Shown here one piece after another: positions 1-11,200 of a DNA stretch of 64,000 bases; positions within the stretch are counted from its first letter, which is position 1, and each line of letters starts with the position of its first letter. Origin of the DNA: Podarcis cretensis (lineage: Eukaryota); assembly GCA_951804945.1 (NCBI GenBank), contig OX638153.1, positions 95,604,001 through 95,668,000 on the forward strand. Reading direction: 5' to 3'. The translations under genes were made by a program, and so were the position numbers. The notes beneath the pieces are model-generated. The model did not search any database, was not told the origin of the DNA, and was given only the letters and a program-made list of their open reading frames with translations.

Positions 1-115
1 GGGCCCTCTGGCCCAAGCCCCTGCAATGCAGGAGACACGCTAAATAATCCCTGGCAGATGATCATCCAACCTGTGCTTGAAAACCCCCAATGAAGGAGAG
101 TCCACCACTTTTTGT
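1..115 (-). mobile_element. CR1 LINE 3' fragment
   Basis: Resembles the squamate CR1 3' end (reverse of GTGGTGGACTCTCCTTCATTGG...AAGCACAGGTTGGATG). Confidence 0.6.
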
Positions 116-221
116 GGTAGATGCCTGCGGGAAACCCACAATCCGGCCCTGAGCACAAGAGCACTCTCCCCTCTTGCAGTTTCTGGAAGCTAGTGAGAGG
201 TGTGTTTTGCTATTTTGTGCA

Positions 222-570
222 CGGCGCTGTGGGTAAAAGCCTCAGCGCCTAGGGCTTGCCGATCGAAAGGTCGGCGGTTCGAATCCCTGCGGCGGGGTGC
301 GCTCCCGCTGCTCAGTCCCAGCGCCTGCCAACCTAGCAGTTCGAAAGCACCCCTGGGCGCAAGTAGATAAATAGGGACCGCTTACTGTCGGGAAGGTAAA
401 CGGCGTTTCCGTGTGCGGCGCTGGCTCGCCAGAGCAGCGATGTCACGCTGGCCACGTGACCCGGAAGTGTCTCCGGACAGCGCTGGCCCCCGGCCTCTTA
501 AGTGAGATGGGCGCACAACCCCAGAGTCTGTCAAGACTGGCCCGTACGGGCAGGGGTACCTTTACCTTTT
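222..570 (+). mobile_element. Sauria SINE (Squam1 type)
   Basis: tRNA-like head with B box GGTTCGAATCCC, 3' (ACCTTT)n tail; near-identical to 60233-60591. Confidence 0.9.
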
Positions 571-957
571 ACAGCCTTGATGAACCTGGCACCCTTCAGA
601 GGTTTCGGATTATAACTCCTTGCCTTCACTTCTACTCTTTTCGGTGCCTTTTGAAAACATCCCTCTTTAGACAAGCCTACCCAGATGCTTTGAAAGTTGA
701 GGTAATTCTAATCTGCTTTAGCATTGTAACCTTTTAAAGTGGGGTTGCAATTTTTTTCTTGATTTTCTTGTTTTCTCATTTCATAAACCCCTTTGAGGTT
801 TTGTTTTGTTTTTACAGCCAAGCAGCCCCTGAAGTTTTATGAAACAAACAAGTAAACTAACAAACTCACTCCCAGCAGCCCCAGCTAGCTGGCTGAGGCT
901 GCTGGAAGTTCAAAACACCTGGAGGGCACCAGGTTGGCAAAGGGCCCCAGGGTCTTA

Positions 958-1748
958 CTCCAAGTCTGCATGTTATGTGTCACACTGTGCTACAAAGATG
1001 TCTGCAAGCGTGACGTGAAGACTGGCAACATCTACCCCGCAGTGTGAAAATGACCTTAGGCGGAAGAAGATTGGAAGAAGTTTAAAAACTACTTACAAAA
1101 ACACTGCAAAATCTTTGAATGTTGAGGACACTGAAATGAAAAGAAGAGGTTCAAGTAACTAAGATAAGTAAGAATATGAAAGAAGGGATAGATATTGGAT
1201 GAAAATTTGAATAATATAATATTTGAAGGAACTTTTAAAGGATAAAACTAATATAAATGAATTTGCTAAATTAAATTTGAAGTGGAATACAAGAATGGAG
1301 GGCGGGTGGAAGTCAAGAAAATAAGGCTATGAAGGACATGAATTTGAAAAGAGTGTTCTTTTTCTTCTTCTTCTTCTTCTTCTTTTATGTTAAGTGTTTG
1401 TATTTTTGTGGTTTGTATTTTTTTGTGCTTTTCCTATTTATTGTTTATAATTTTTTTATTGTGGAAATTTAATAAAATATCATTATAAAAAAAAGAAGAA
1501 AAAAAAAGAAAATGACCTTAGTGCCTGGAGACATGGAATGACAGCTGGGAGGAGCGCAGAGAGAAGAAATCCCGCAGAGGATCTGCAGCAGCAAAACCGG
1601 ACGCCTTCATCTGCCCCAACAAAACATGTCTCTTCTGCATCAGTTTCTACAGCCACAAGCAGGCTATGCAACCTTCCAAGAGTTTGACCTCACCCCCAAA
1701 GGTGCACACAGTCATTGTCTCCTGAAACTGACGGGTGCCAACAACAAT
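958..1748 (+). mobile_element. RTE-clade LINE 3' end interrupted by an L1 fragment
   Basis: YKDVCKRDVKTGNI-like coding remnant, (CAA)n tail; homologous to 57627-58010 (-). Confidence 0.65.
1060..1507 (+). mobile_element. 5'-truncated L1 (ORF2 C-terminus + 3' UTR + poly-A)
   Basis: EEDWKKFKNYLQKHC*; AATAAA and A-tail; 14-bp TSD GAAAATGACCTTAG at 1046-1059 and 1508-1521. Confidence 0.88.
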
Positions 1749-1843
1749 TGTCTGGTTGGTTGCTTTGGACTGCCCTGAGGAAGATAAAGCTTGTAACATA
1801 TTTAATAATAACAATAAGAGCCAGTGTGATGTAGTGGTTAGAG

Positions 1844-2090
1844 CAGGGGTTGGCAAGATTTACCTTGCCTGGACCAGTTCACTCCAGCAGAGATCCCTCT
1901 GTGGGCGGGATCGCATGCGCCCGCAATTTTCGGCACCGCAAAAGCGAGTCCCCGCGTCACGCTGCACCGGTTTAGTACAGTGCGAGGGGACTCGCCGAGT
2001 GGGCAGCTCAGTTCAGGGGCAGCTCATGGGCTGGTTACACGACCCCCGTGGGCCGCTTGTGGCCCATGGGTCTTAGGTTGCCGACCCCTG
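1844..2090. mobile_element. hAT-family MITE inserted in a tRNA-derived SINE
   Basis: TIRs CAGGGGTTGGCAA / TTGCCGACCCCTG; 8-bp TSD GGTTAGAG/GATTAGAG. Confidence 0.85.
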
Positions 2091-2209
2091 GATTAGAGTG
2101 CTGGACTAGTACCTGGGAGAAACTAGTGTTGAAATTCCTGCTCGGCAATGAAGCTTACAAGGAACCTTGGACCGGTCACTGCCTCTCTCTCTGCCTAACC
2201 TATCAAGGA

Positions 2210-2953
2210 GATTGACTAGCTGGAAGGTGTGCAAAGGAGGGTGGCCAAGATGATCAAGGTACTGGAAACCAAGCCTTATGAGGAACGGTTGAAAGAGTTG
2301 TGTATGCTTAGCCTGGAAAAGAAGAGATGATAGCCATCTTCAATTATCTCAAGAGCTGTCACATGGAATACAGAGCAAGTTTGTTTTCTCCTGCTGTGGA
2401 GGGTAGGACACGAACCAAAGGCTTCAAGATATAAGAAAGGAGATTCCGACTAAACATCAGGAAGAACTTTCTGATAGTAAGAGCTGTTCTACAGTGGAAC
2501 TGTCTCCCTCAGGAAGCGGTGGACTCTCCTTAACTGAAGGTTTTTAAGCATACGCCGGATGGCCACCTGTCATGGATGCTTTAGTTTAAGGTTACCAGAC
2601 ATCCCCGTTTCCCGGGGACATTCCCCAGATTTACAAATCAGTCCTCACAGAACTCTAGCCCAATGGCTGCCATTAATTTGATTTTGAATTGATTTTAGAA
2701 TGAATTGATTTTAGAACGCTGTGTTACTTTTATTGTTGTTAGTTGCTCTGAGCCCGGCTTCAGCTGGGGAGGGCGGGATATAATTTTATCATTTTATTAT
2801 TTATTATTTTATTATTATTATTAATAATAATATTATACAAAATCCATTGAAGCTGAACAGTGTCCCCGGATTTATTGAAAAAAATCTGGTAACCTTACTT
2901 TAGTTGCAGGGGGGTTGGACTAGATGACCCTTGGGGGACCCTTCCAACTCTAC
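2210..2953 (+). mobile_element. CR1 LINE 3' part with nested insertions
   Basis: Typical CR1 3' ORF2/UTR text ending CCCTTCCAACTCTA. Confidence 0.8.
2587..2897. mobile_element. hAT (Tip100-like) MITE containing an L2-type 3' tail
   Basis: TIRs TAAGGTTACCAGA / TCTGGTAACCTTA; 8-bp TSD CTTTAGTT at 2579 and 2898. Confidence 0.82.
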
Positions 2954-3122
2954 AAACCTACCTCACAGGGTTGTTGCAGGGCTTAAATGAGGATGGGGAG
3001 AACCACGGACACCACCTTGAGCTCTTTGGAGAAAAGGGTGGGATATAAAACGCAACACAGAATATGAGATCAATAACAACGTGACAGACCATACCACGCT
3101 TCCAGGCAGGCAGGCAACTCAC

Positions 3123-3318
3123 CCAGCACCAGGATCCGATCACCGGGGCTCAGCTCCGCCTCCAGCTGCTCTCGGAATCGCTCCAAGCCCCCGAACCATT
3201 CGGCCGGAGCCGCCCCTTCGTCCTGGTACCGCGAGTCCCAGAATCTCCTGTCCCGGTACCGGGCGTTGGAGTCCGGCAGCTGCCGCCTTCGCGGAGCCGC
3301 CTCCTCCTCCTCCCCCAT
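3123..3318 (-). CDS. EEF1AKMT4: EEF1A lysine methyltransferase 4 (also the N-terminus of the EEF1AKMT4-ECE2 readthrough), coding exon 1; remainder lies left of the window
   Basis: ATG at 3318 gives MGEEEEAAPRRRQLPDSNARYRDRRFWDSRYQ...EWFGGLERFREQLEAELSPGDRILVLG, matching the known N-terminus (Y..WD.RY, WFG, RILVLG); GTGAG donor at 3122; CpG island; head-to-head with ALG3 as in mammals. Confidence 0.9.
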
Positions 3319-3329
3319 GTCGCTTCTCC

Positions 3330-3560
3330 GGGGAAGGGCGGCCAAGCGAGGGCAGGGCTGTCCGGGGGGGGCGGGGGGGGAGCCTACCGAATCCAGCCTC
3401 CGCCCACGTGGCGCCCTGAAAACCACGTGCAGCTTCCGCTCGCCACTTCCTGATCGGTGGTGGAGAGCTTTGCTTCCGTCTGTTGGGTCTTGCTGGTGGT
3501 GGGGTGGGAGAATGTGGGGCGCTAGTCCTCAGCGAGGCGGGGCTGGCCCATGCGTGGGGT
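3330..3560 (-). promoter_or_regulatory. CpG-rich promoter of EEF1AKMT4 with two CACGTG E-boxes, ETS cores and a G-run
   Basis: CACGTG at 3405 and 3424; CTTCCG/ACTTCCT at 3433, 3446, 3473; G-runs 3364-3380. Confidence 0.55.
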
Positions 3561-3838
3561 CTTTGCCACTACTTCGTATGAATGGTTTCTCTGTGCAAAA
3601 CCCAGGGAGGCAGTAAACCCGTTAGCTAGCTTGCTGCAGAGATAATCCAGGAAAGAGTCTTGCAGGGCATCTTAGTAATGCAGTCCTAAGTCGTGTCTAC
3701 TCGGAAGTAAGTCCCATTGAACTGAACGGGGCTTACTCCCAGGTAAGCGGCGTGAGGACTGCAGCCTTGAAAGGCTCACAAGTTTATTCTCCACGTATGC
3801 TTAGCCTGGTAAAGAAAAGACTTGAGAGGAAATTTGAT

Positions 3839-4270
3839 GTTGTTGTTGTTTAGTCGTTTAGTCGTGTCCGACTCTTCGTGACCCCATGGACCAGAGAACG
3901 CCAGGCACTCCTGTCCTCCACTGCCCCCCGCAGCTTGGTCAGACTCATGCTGGTAACCTCGAAAACACTATCCAACCATCTCGTCCTCTGTCGCCCCCTT
4001 CTCCTTGTGCCCTCCATCTTTCCCAACATCAGGGTCTTCTCCAGGGAGTCTTCTCTTCTCATGAGGTGGCCAAAGTACTGGAGCCTCAGCTTCACAATCT
4101 GTCCTTCCAGTGAGCACTCAGGGCTGATTTCCTTCAGAATGGAGAGGTTTGATCTTCTTGCAGTCCATGGGACTCTCAAGAGTCTCCTCCAGCACCATAA
4201 TTCAAAAGCATCCATTCTTCGGCGATCAGCCTTCTTTATGGTCCAGCTCTCACTTCCATACATCACTACT
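3839..4270 (-). mobile_element. BovB (RTE) LINE 3' fragment inserted in CR1
   Basis: ORF ...MYGSESWTIKKADRRRMDAFELWCWRRLLRVPWTARRSN...VHGVTKSRTRLND; (CAA)n tail; TSD AATTTGAT at 3831 and 4271. Confidence 0.92.
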
Positions 4271-4278
4271 AATTTGAT

Positions 4279-4885
4279 AATCATTTTCAAATATCTAAAG
4301 GGCCGTTGGTAGAAGCTTGTTTTCTCTTGCTCTGGAGGGTAGGACACGATCCAGTGAATTCAAGTTACAAGAAAGGAGATTCTGACTAAACACCAAGAAC
4401 TGTCTGACAGGAAGAGCTGTTCTTGCAGTGGAATGAACTCCCACAAGAGGCGGTAGATTGTCCTTCCTGGAGGTTTTTAAGCAGAGGTCGATGGCCATCT
4501 GTCTTGGTTGCAGGTAGGACTAGAATCTCGGATCAGCAAACTTTTTCAGCAGGGGGCCGGTCCACTGGCCCTCAGACCTTGTGGGGGGCCGGACTATATT
4601 TTTTTTTTGGGGGGGGAAATCAACAAATTCCTATGCCCCACAAATAACGCAGAGATGCATTTTAAATAAAAGCACATTCTACTCATGTATAAACACCAGG
4701 CAGGCCCCACAAATAACCCAGAGACGCATTTTAAATAAAAGGACACAGTCTACTCATGTAAAAACACGCTGATTCCTGGACCGTCCGTGGGCCGAATTGA
4801 GAAGGTGATTGGGCTGCATCCAGCTCCCGGGCCTTAGTTTGCCTACCCATGGACTAGATGCAGTCCCTTCCAACTCTGATTATAT
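4279..4885 (+). mobile_element. CR1 3' fragment interrupted by a hAT MITE
   Basis: Paralogous to 2330-2586; resumes at 4852 with GACTAGATG...CCCTTCCAACTCT. Confidence 0.75.
4527..4851. mobile_element. hAT MITE with an internal ~60-bp tandem duplication
   Basis: Same family as 56844-57086; GCCCCACAAATAAC...CTACTCATGTA present twice; degenerate 8-bp TSD. Confidence 0.75.
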
Positions 4886-5602
4886 GATATAAATTTGCAC
4901 AATAAGGCCCCTTCTAGGTGTCCCTTTTTGTAGTGTGTTCACAATGACTTGTTCCTCATAATGATATTGGGGTGGTTATACACATCATTGGTTATGTGGT
5001 ACATATTGGGGTGGTTATATGCTATCAGTACTCCTTGCACCTGCAAACTTTTTGGGGAGGACGTACTGTTTTGTTTCCATGGTCTGTAACGCTATGCTGA
5101 GTTCTTGTCAACTTTCTATGCCACAAATATTATGGGGGTCTTTTTTTGTCCTGCTTTCGTTGCACTATGGTGCAAGAGTGCCTCTCCAGATAGCAATAAC
5201 GTGATCCACTTTGTGGGAGCAGCACGGAACAACTCATAACATGTGAATGGCCCAGAATAAATGCATTACTAATACACTATTATTGCATCAAGAACATGTT
5301 GCAGAATACAACCTAACAGGATGGCCCCTCTGGCATTTGTCACACATACACACGAATTTGTAGATCTGTGCTTTGAACCCAGAGCTTAAAATACATGACC
5401 TTTCACACACATGCATTTGGAGAGGATCCCTAACTTAGCAGAGAGAGAGAAGTGGAAATATAGGACAAATTCTGCCTTGCGTTGAATCCAACTGGAATAC
5501 TGGCGGATCCTGCATTATACCAGAACGGATGGCAACCCTATTCCCTTTTCTCCCTGCATGATGCTTGAATATTTTGTTTCCCCCTAAAAAGCACATCTTG
5601 CA

Positions 5603-7589
5603 GGTCGGAGCGAAACAATACAAACTTAAAGCTTTTGCAGATGACCTAGTTTTGACCCTGCAGGAGCCAGAATCTAGTACGAAAAGAGTGTTACAATTGA
5701 TTCAAGACTTTGGTCGGGTGGCGGGATTCAAATTAAACAAACAGAAAACTAAAAAAAATTTGACAGATACAGAGTCAGAACGGTTTCAGAAAAAGACAGA
5801 ACTAACTGTGGTTAAAAAAGTAAAGTACCTAGGGGTTAACATAACAGCAAAAAATCTGAGTCTTTTTAAGGATAACTATGAAAAATGTTGGTCTGAAATT
5901 AAAAGAGACTTAGACAGTTGGACAAAATTGAAACTTTCTTTGTTAGGCCGAATTGCTGCTATTAAGATGAATGTATTGCCAAAAATGTTGTTTTTGTTTC
6001 AAACACTACAGATTGTGGACAAGACGGAGTGCTTCCGGAAGTGGCAGAGAGACATCTCTAAGTTCGTCTGGCAGGGCAAAAAGCCCAGAATTAAGTTTAA
6101 GATATTAACTGATGCGAAAGAAAGAGGGGGCTTTGCCCTGCCAGACCTAAAGTTGTACTATGAGGCCGCAGCTTTCTGCTGGCTAAAAGACTGGCTACTT
6201 CTCGAGGACACTGATGTTCTGGATCTGGAAGGTTTTAACAATGCTTTTGGTTGGCATGCATACTTATGGTATGACAAGGTTAAGATCAATAAGGCCTTTA
6301 AGAATCATATTGTCAGAAAAGCAGTGTTTAATGTCTGGACAAAATATAAAGACTTATTTGGAAAATAAAACTCCAAGGTGGCTTTCACCGCTGGAAGCTA
6401 AGGCCCGAAAAAGACCCAGTATGGAGGCCAAATGGCCAAAATATTGGGAAATACTAGAAAAAGATGGAGACAATTGGAAATTGCAGAGTTTGGAGAAAAT
6501 GAAGGATAAAGTGCGAGACTGGCTACACTACGCTCAGATTAAAGAAGTTTTTAAAAATGACAAAAAGCTAGGGTTCCAGGTGGAGAAATCGAAGTTGGAA
6601 ACAGAACTGTTAGAGCCTAAGACTAAGGTACTTTCAAGAATGTATAACTTGCTGTTAAAATGGAATACACAAGATGAAATGGTTAAATCGGCTATGATAA
6701 AGTGGGCACAGGACATTGGGCACAACATTATGTTTGAGGACTGGGAAAGGTTGTGGACCATTGGGTTGAACTTCACTGCATGTAATGCTTTGAAGGAAAA
6801 TGTAATGAAAATGATATATAGATGGTACATGACCCCAGTTAAACTTGCCAAAATATACCATTTGTCTGATAATAAATGTTGGTAATGTAAAGAAAATGAA
6901 GGAACATTCTTTCACCTCTGGTGGACTTGCCCTAGAGTGAAGGCTTTCTGGGAAATGATATATAATGAGTTGAAAAAGGTATTTAAGTATACCTTCACTA
7001 AGAAACCAGAGGCCTTCCTTTTGGGTATTGTCGGCCAGAAGGTGTTAAGGAAGGACCGAACATTTTTTATGTATGCAACAGCAGCAGCAAGGATACTTAT
7101 CGCTAAGCACTGGAAAACCCAAGATCTACCCACACTGGAAGAGTGGCAGAAGCAGCTGATAGACTATATGGAATTAGCCGAGATGACTGACAGAATCCGA
7201 GACCTGGGAGAAGAGAAGGTTGAAGAAGACTGGAAGAAATTTAAGATTTATTTAAAAAAGCATTGTAATTTGGTTGAATGTTAAGAAGGATGCTAGATCA
7301 TAAATAATTGAGCACCACTAAACTAGATGGAATTAGGATGACAAGTGAGATTGAGGAAAAAACATAAACCTTTGGGAGGATTATTAGATTATATTTTAAA
7401 TGAATGGGATATAAGAATGTAAACAAGATGATAAATTGCGGGTAAGAATTGACAATGATGCAAGTGGGAGCGGGAGACGTGAGGGAGTCCAATGAAGTTA
7501 AGAAAATATGTTATGATATATGTTTCATTGTTTTTATTTCTGCATTTATGTTTAAAAATTTTAATAAATATATATAAAAAAATAAAAAA
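5603..7589 (+). mobile_element. 5'-truncated L1 LINE (RT C-terminal half, Cys-rich domain, 3' UTR, poly-A)
   Basis: KAFADDL, VKYLGV, GRIAAIKMNVLPK, RGGFALPDLKLYY; frameshift near 6360 and stop at 6883; 18-bp TSD TAAAAAGCACATCTTGCA at 5585 and 7590. Confidence 0.95.
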
Positions 7590-8026
7590 TAAAAAGCACA
7601 TCTTGCATTTTCTGGGCATGAGAAAGCAAGGAGATCCCTGCTGGATCCGACAAAGTGTCCACGGGAGGGTTGCACTACTTAGGAGGATCCTTTCCAGCTC
7701 TGCAGTTCTGAGATTCTATGAAGTGCCAGCTTAGGGCGGCTCACCAAAACTTTAAAATAAAATAAAATAAAAGCCCTCTTGGCAATCACAGCACCAAAAA
7801 AGTAAAAATAAATGCAACGGGAAAGCAAAACGGAGACAGCAAAAACTTAGAAGCCTCCCAGGGCTTCGTGGCGTGAGGCTACTGATGCTCCGCCGCCACC
7901 GGGAATGAGGAGGAAGAGAGCGAAGAGGAGGGAACCTTCCGAGCGCCGGAACTGCCTGCTCCGGGCGGCGGCGGCGGCGGGGCGCGTTTCGCGGTGGCAC
8001 CACCTGCCCGGGCCGCCAGCAGCCGT

Positions 8027-8027
<1 letters not shown>

Positions 8028-8060
<33 letters not shown>
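8028..8060 (+). repeat. (GCA)11 trinucleotide repeat upstream of the ALG3 ATG
   Basis: Directly visible. Confidence 0.95.
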
Positions 8061-8062
<2 letters not shown>

Positions 8063-8097
8063 GAGCGTGGCCGGAGCTGGGCGGGCGGCGGGGCGGG

Positions 8098-8296
8098 ATG
8101 GCTCCGGGTCCCGCTCCGAGGAGGAAGGGGGCCGCGGGGCCTGCGGGCGGGCTGCCCTCCGTCCGCCAGAGCCTGCGCCGGGCCTGGCAAGACAAGCACC
8201 TGGTGCTCTTCGAGCCCCACTACACCCCGCTGGTGGCCGCCTGCCTCTGCCTGGCCGAAGTGGGGGTCAACCAGTGGGTCATACACAGGGTGGCAT
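8098..8296 (+). CDS. ALG3: ALG3 exon 1
   Basis: MAPG...[16 protein letters not shown]; donor GTGAGT. Confidence 0.9.
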
Positions 8297-11200
8297 GTGA
8301 GTGGGGGTCCGGGACGGGGCCTGGGTGGGGGGTCAGGAGAGTGGCATTGGGGGTGTGGATAAGGGGCAAGGCTTAGGTGGGGTTAGGACCCTCTCCGGGA
8401 GGGAGGGAGGAATATAGCTCGCGCCTGCAGCTCTTCTGATAATAATAATAACAACAACAATAATAATTTATTTATACCACGCCCATCTGGCTGGGTTTCC
8501 CCAGCCAGTCTGGGCGGCTTGCAACAAAAATTAAAAATACATTAAAATGTCACATATTAAAAACTTCCCTGAAGTTGCCTTCTAAATGTCAGGTAGTTGT
8601 TTATCTCTTTGACATCTGATGGGAGGGTTAGTGTGCTGGGCAGAGGGAACCCTGCGGTTAAGGAGGGTTAAGGAGGCAACAGCAGCCCTGCTGGCTGGGT
8701 CAAGCAAAAGGTCTCCCTGCAGTGGCCAAGCAGGTGGGAAGACCATGGGAAGGAGGTGAGCATAGGAGCCAACTCCTAGGGTCGAGGTCCATTTGCCCCC
8801 CCCAAAAAAATATTTGAGGGCTCCCCGCCCAAATATTACCAGTCAAATGGTGTGTGTGTGCTACGCTATGTGATTGATTATGCAGGGTAAGGCTTGCCTG
8901 CCCCGGCATATGTTATTCAAGTTGGCACCGTTGTGTGAGGGCAACAGCATGTCCCTCACTTGTGTCCCAAAACCCCTACCTTCAACTGGTAGTCGGAGTC
9001 AGGTCTCCATAGATGCTGGAGGCAGTATGCAGTGCAGCCATCAGGAGCAGCAGGCGTTGCTGGCTTCATCGTCCACAGATTTGTCTGCCCCCTTTTCAAA
9101 ACTGCCCCAATTGGCAGCCATTGCTACGTCTTGTGGCAGTGAATTCCATAGTTGAACGATGCACAGTGGGGCGTCATTAACCGGACTACATGAAAGGTTC
9201 CATACAATGTGTAGTCTGGGGTAGTTTTGACGAAGGGCTGGGGCTTCATTTGAGCCAGGGCATAGTGTCAGAACTGTTTTTGATTCTTGTTGTCCTGGCT
9301 GCTAGAGCCCAGCCTAAATAAAAATCTGTCCCAGCCCTTCAAAAACAGGTCATGACTAAATGCCTTACACAGAGGAACATCCACCAGGCATGGCTTTGCA
9401 TGTGTTCTTGTATGTAGACTCAGATAATTTTAGAGCCCTTCTTTTAGATCCTGACCGTTTTCAGCAGCTGAACTGAGTTCCTGTTCATACTTGATGGTAC
9501 AGCTTCTGTGCTTTCCCCAAAGATACAGAGATTGACTGGAAAGCCTATATGGATGAAGTGGAGGGTGTTGTCAATGGGACTCTGGATTACACCCAACTAA
9601 AGGGGGACACAGGCCCTCTTGTGTGAGTAACACTGAGCTTGCAATTATAATGAGGGTTTCAGGAGTGGTAGGGTGGGTACATCTCTTAAAAATGGCGTCT
9701 GGGCGGCAATAGGGTAGTTTCTCTTGCCTTCCTCTGTAGTTGATCTATTTATCCACTCACTCTCTCTACAGATATCCTGCTGGCTTTGTTTACATCTTCC
9801 TGGGCCTGTATTATGCAACTGGCCGTGGCACCAACATCCGCCTGGCCCAATATCTTTTTGCTGCCCTTTACCTTGCCACACTGCTGCTCGTTTTCCGCAT
9901 CTACAGCCGAACGAGTAAGGTCAGTAGCTCCTACAGCACCTCAAGGAGCACTAAAGACTGTTCTTTTTCCTATCACACAGTAGATATGAGCCCTCACCCA
10001 AACACAGTGCACCTGTGCAATACATGTGGGACCTGAAAATTAAAGGCCAGGAGGAGGACAGCAAGGTTTGGGTGGGTGCAGGTTAAGGTGGAATTCTATG
10101 GAGCTGCACTGCTAAACTCTTTATATAGACTGAGACTTCCATGTTCATGATACTGTACACAGCATTGTAAAAAAATGCAACCTCATATTCCAGTTCTACC
10201 ACTGAGATCTTCTGTAGGAGCATCGCTGGTTTTCCCCCAGGTCGGTGAGGCTCATTTGATTTCAACACAGAGCCGAGCTTTTAATGTTATTGGGCCAAGC
10301 CCTGTAAAATGATCTTCCAAAATATATTCAGCAGGCTTCCGAATCTGTATTGACCTTTAAATGATTGCTGAAAACTTTTATTTGCTGCCAGGCTTATACA
10401 AACAATTAAGACAAACTTTAGTTAGTGTTTTTTTTAATAATAAAAAATTACGTGGTCTTTATTTTGCATGTATTCTTGTTGTAAACTGCTTTGATTTTTT
10501 AAAACGATGCTTTTGTAGTAAAGGTTCATATAAAACGTGTTCATATGCTGTGAATTAGAGGACACAGCTACAAGTTTTCGGTTTGGCGGTTCTCCCTCTC
10601 TTGCACAAGAAGGAAGAGGATCCTGGGAACCTGACCTTACAATTTGAAAAAAAAAAGCAACTGAGCATGCAGTTGTCGGGAAAAACTTAGGCACTTTCTG
10701 CTGAATGCTTGTCTGTTATTATTATTACAACTATTATTTCACCTTCCACACATTTCTCAAGGCGATGCACAAAATACAATAAAAACAGTTAAAAACAATA
10801 CAGAAAGCAGCAGCACTTAAATGGGAACAGCGGCAGCTTGAGTCATTTGAAGCCGCCCCAGTGGCAAGTGGGCTTGATTTTCCTCGTTGACAACTCTCCT
10901 GCAGGTCCCGCCCTATGTTTTCTTCTTCATGTGCTGTGCCTCCTATCGCATCCACTCCATCTTTGTCCTGCGCCTCTTCAATGACCCGGTGGCCATGGCG
11001 ATCCTTTTCCTGGCTGTCAACCTCTTCCTGGAGGAGCAGTGGTCCTGGGGCTGCTTCTGCTTCAGGTGAGAGCCCCTTTGGAGCCAATCCATCCAATGGG
11101 AGGGTATTTTAAACAAACAAGTGGTTCTTGCAGAAGCACAAATAACGTGCACACCTGATTTTTCTGCTTGCAAAGTGGGAACTTTCAGAGCCAGCTCATT

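Larger units (their letters stand above)
7860..8420 (+). promoter_or_regulatory. CpG island / promoter and 5' UTR of ALG3
   Basis: Very GC- and CpG-rich region around the ALG3 ATG (8098, context gggATGg). Confidence 0.7.

Noticed and set aside
240-300. tRNA gene-like A/B boxes (also at 14340, 22450, 28735, 31385, 46780, 60245)
   Set aside because: These are heads of tRNA-derived SINEs, not cloverleaf tRNA genes
5565-7284. Long ORFs of 267, 223 and 115 aa as a host gene
   Set aside because: They are consecutive pieces of L1 ORF2 broken by a frameshift and a stop, inside an element with TSD and poly-A
7752-8362. Poly-Cys, poly-Leu and poly-Ser ORFs around ALG3 exon 1
   Set aside because: Alternative readings of the GCA repeat in a stop-poor CpG island, mostly with non-ATG starts
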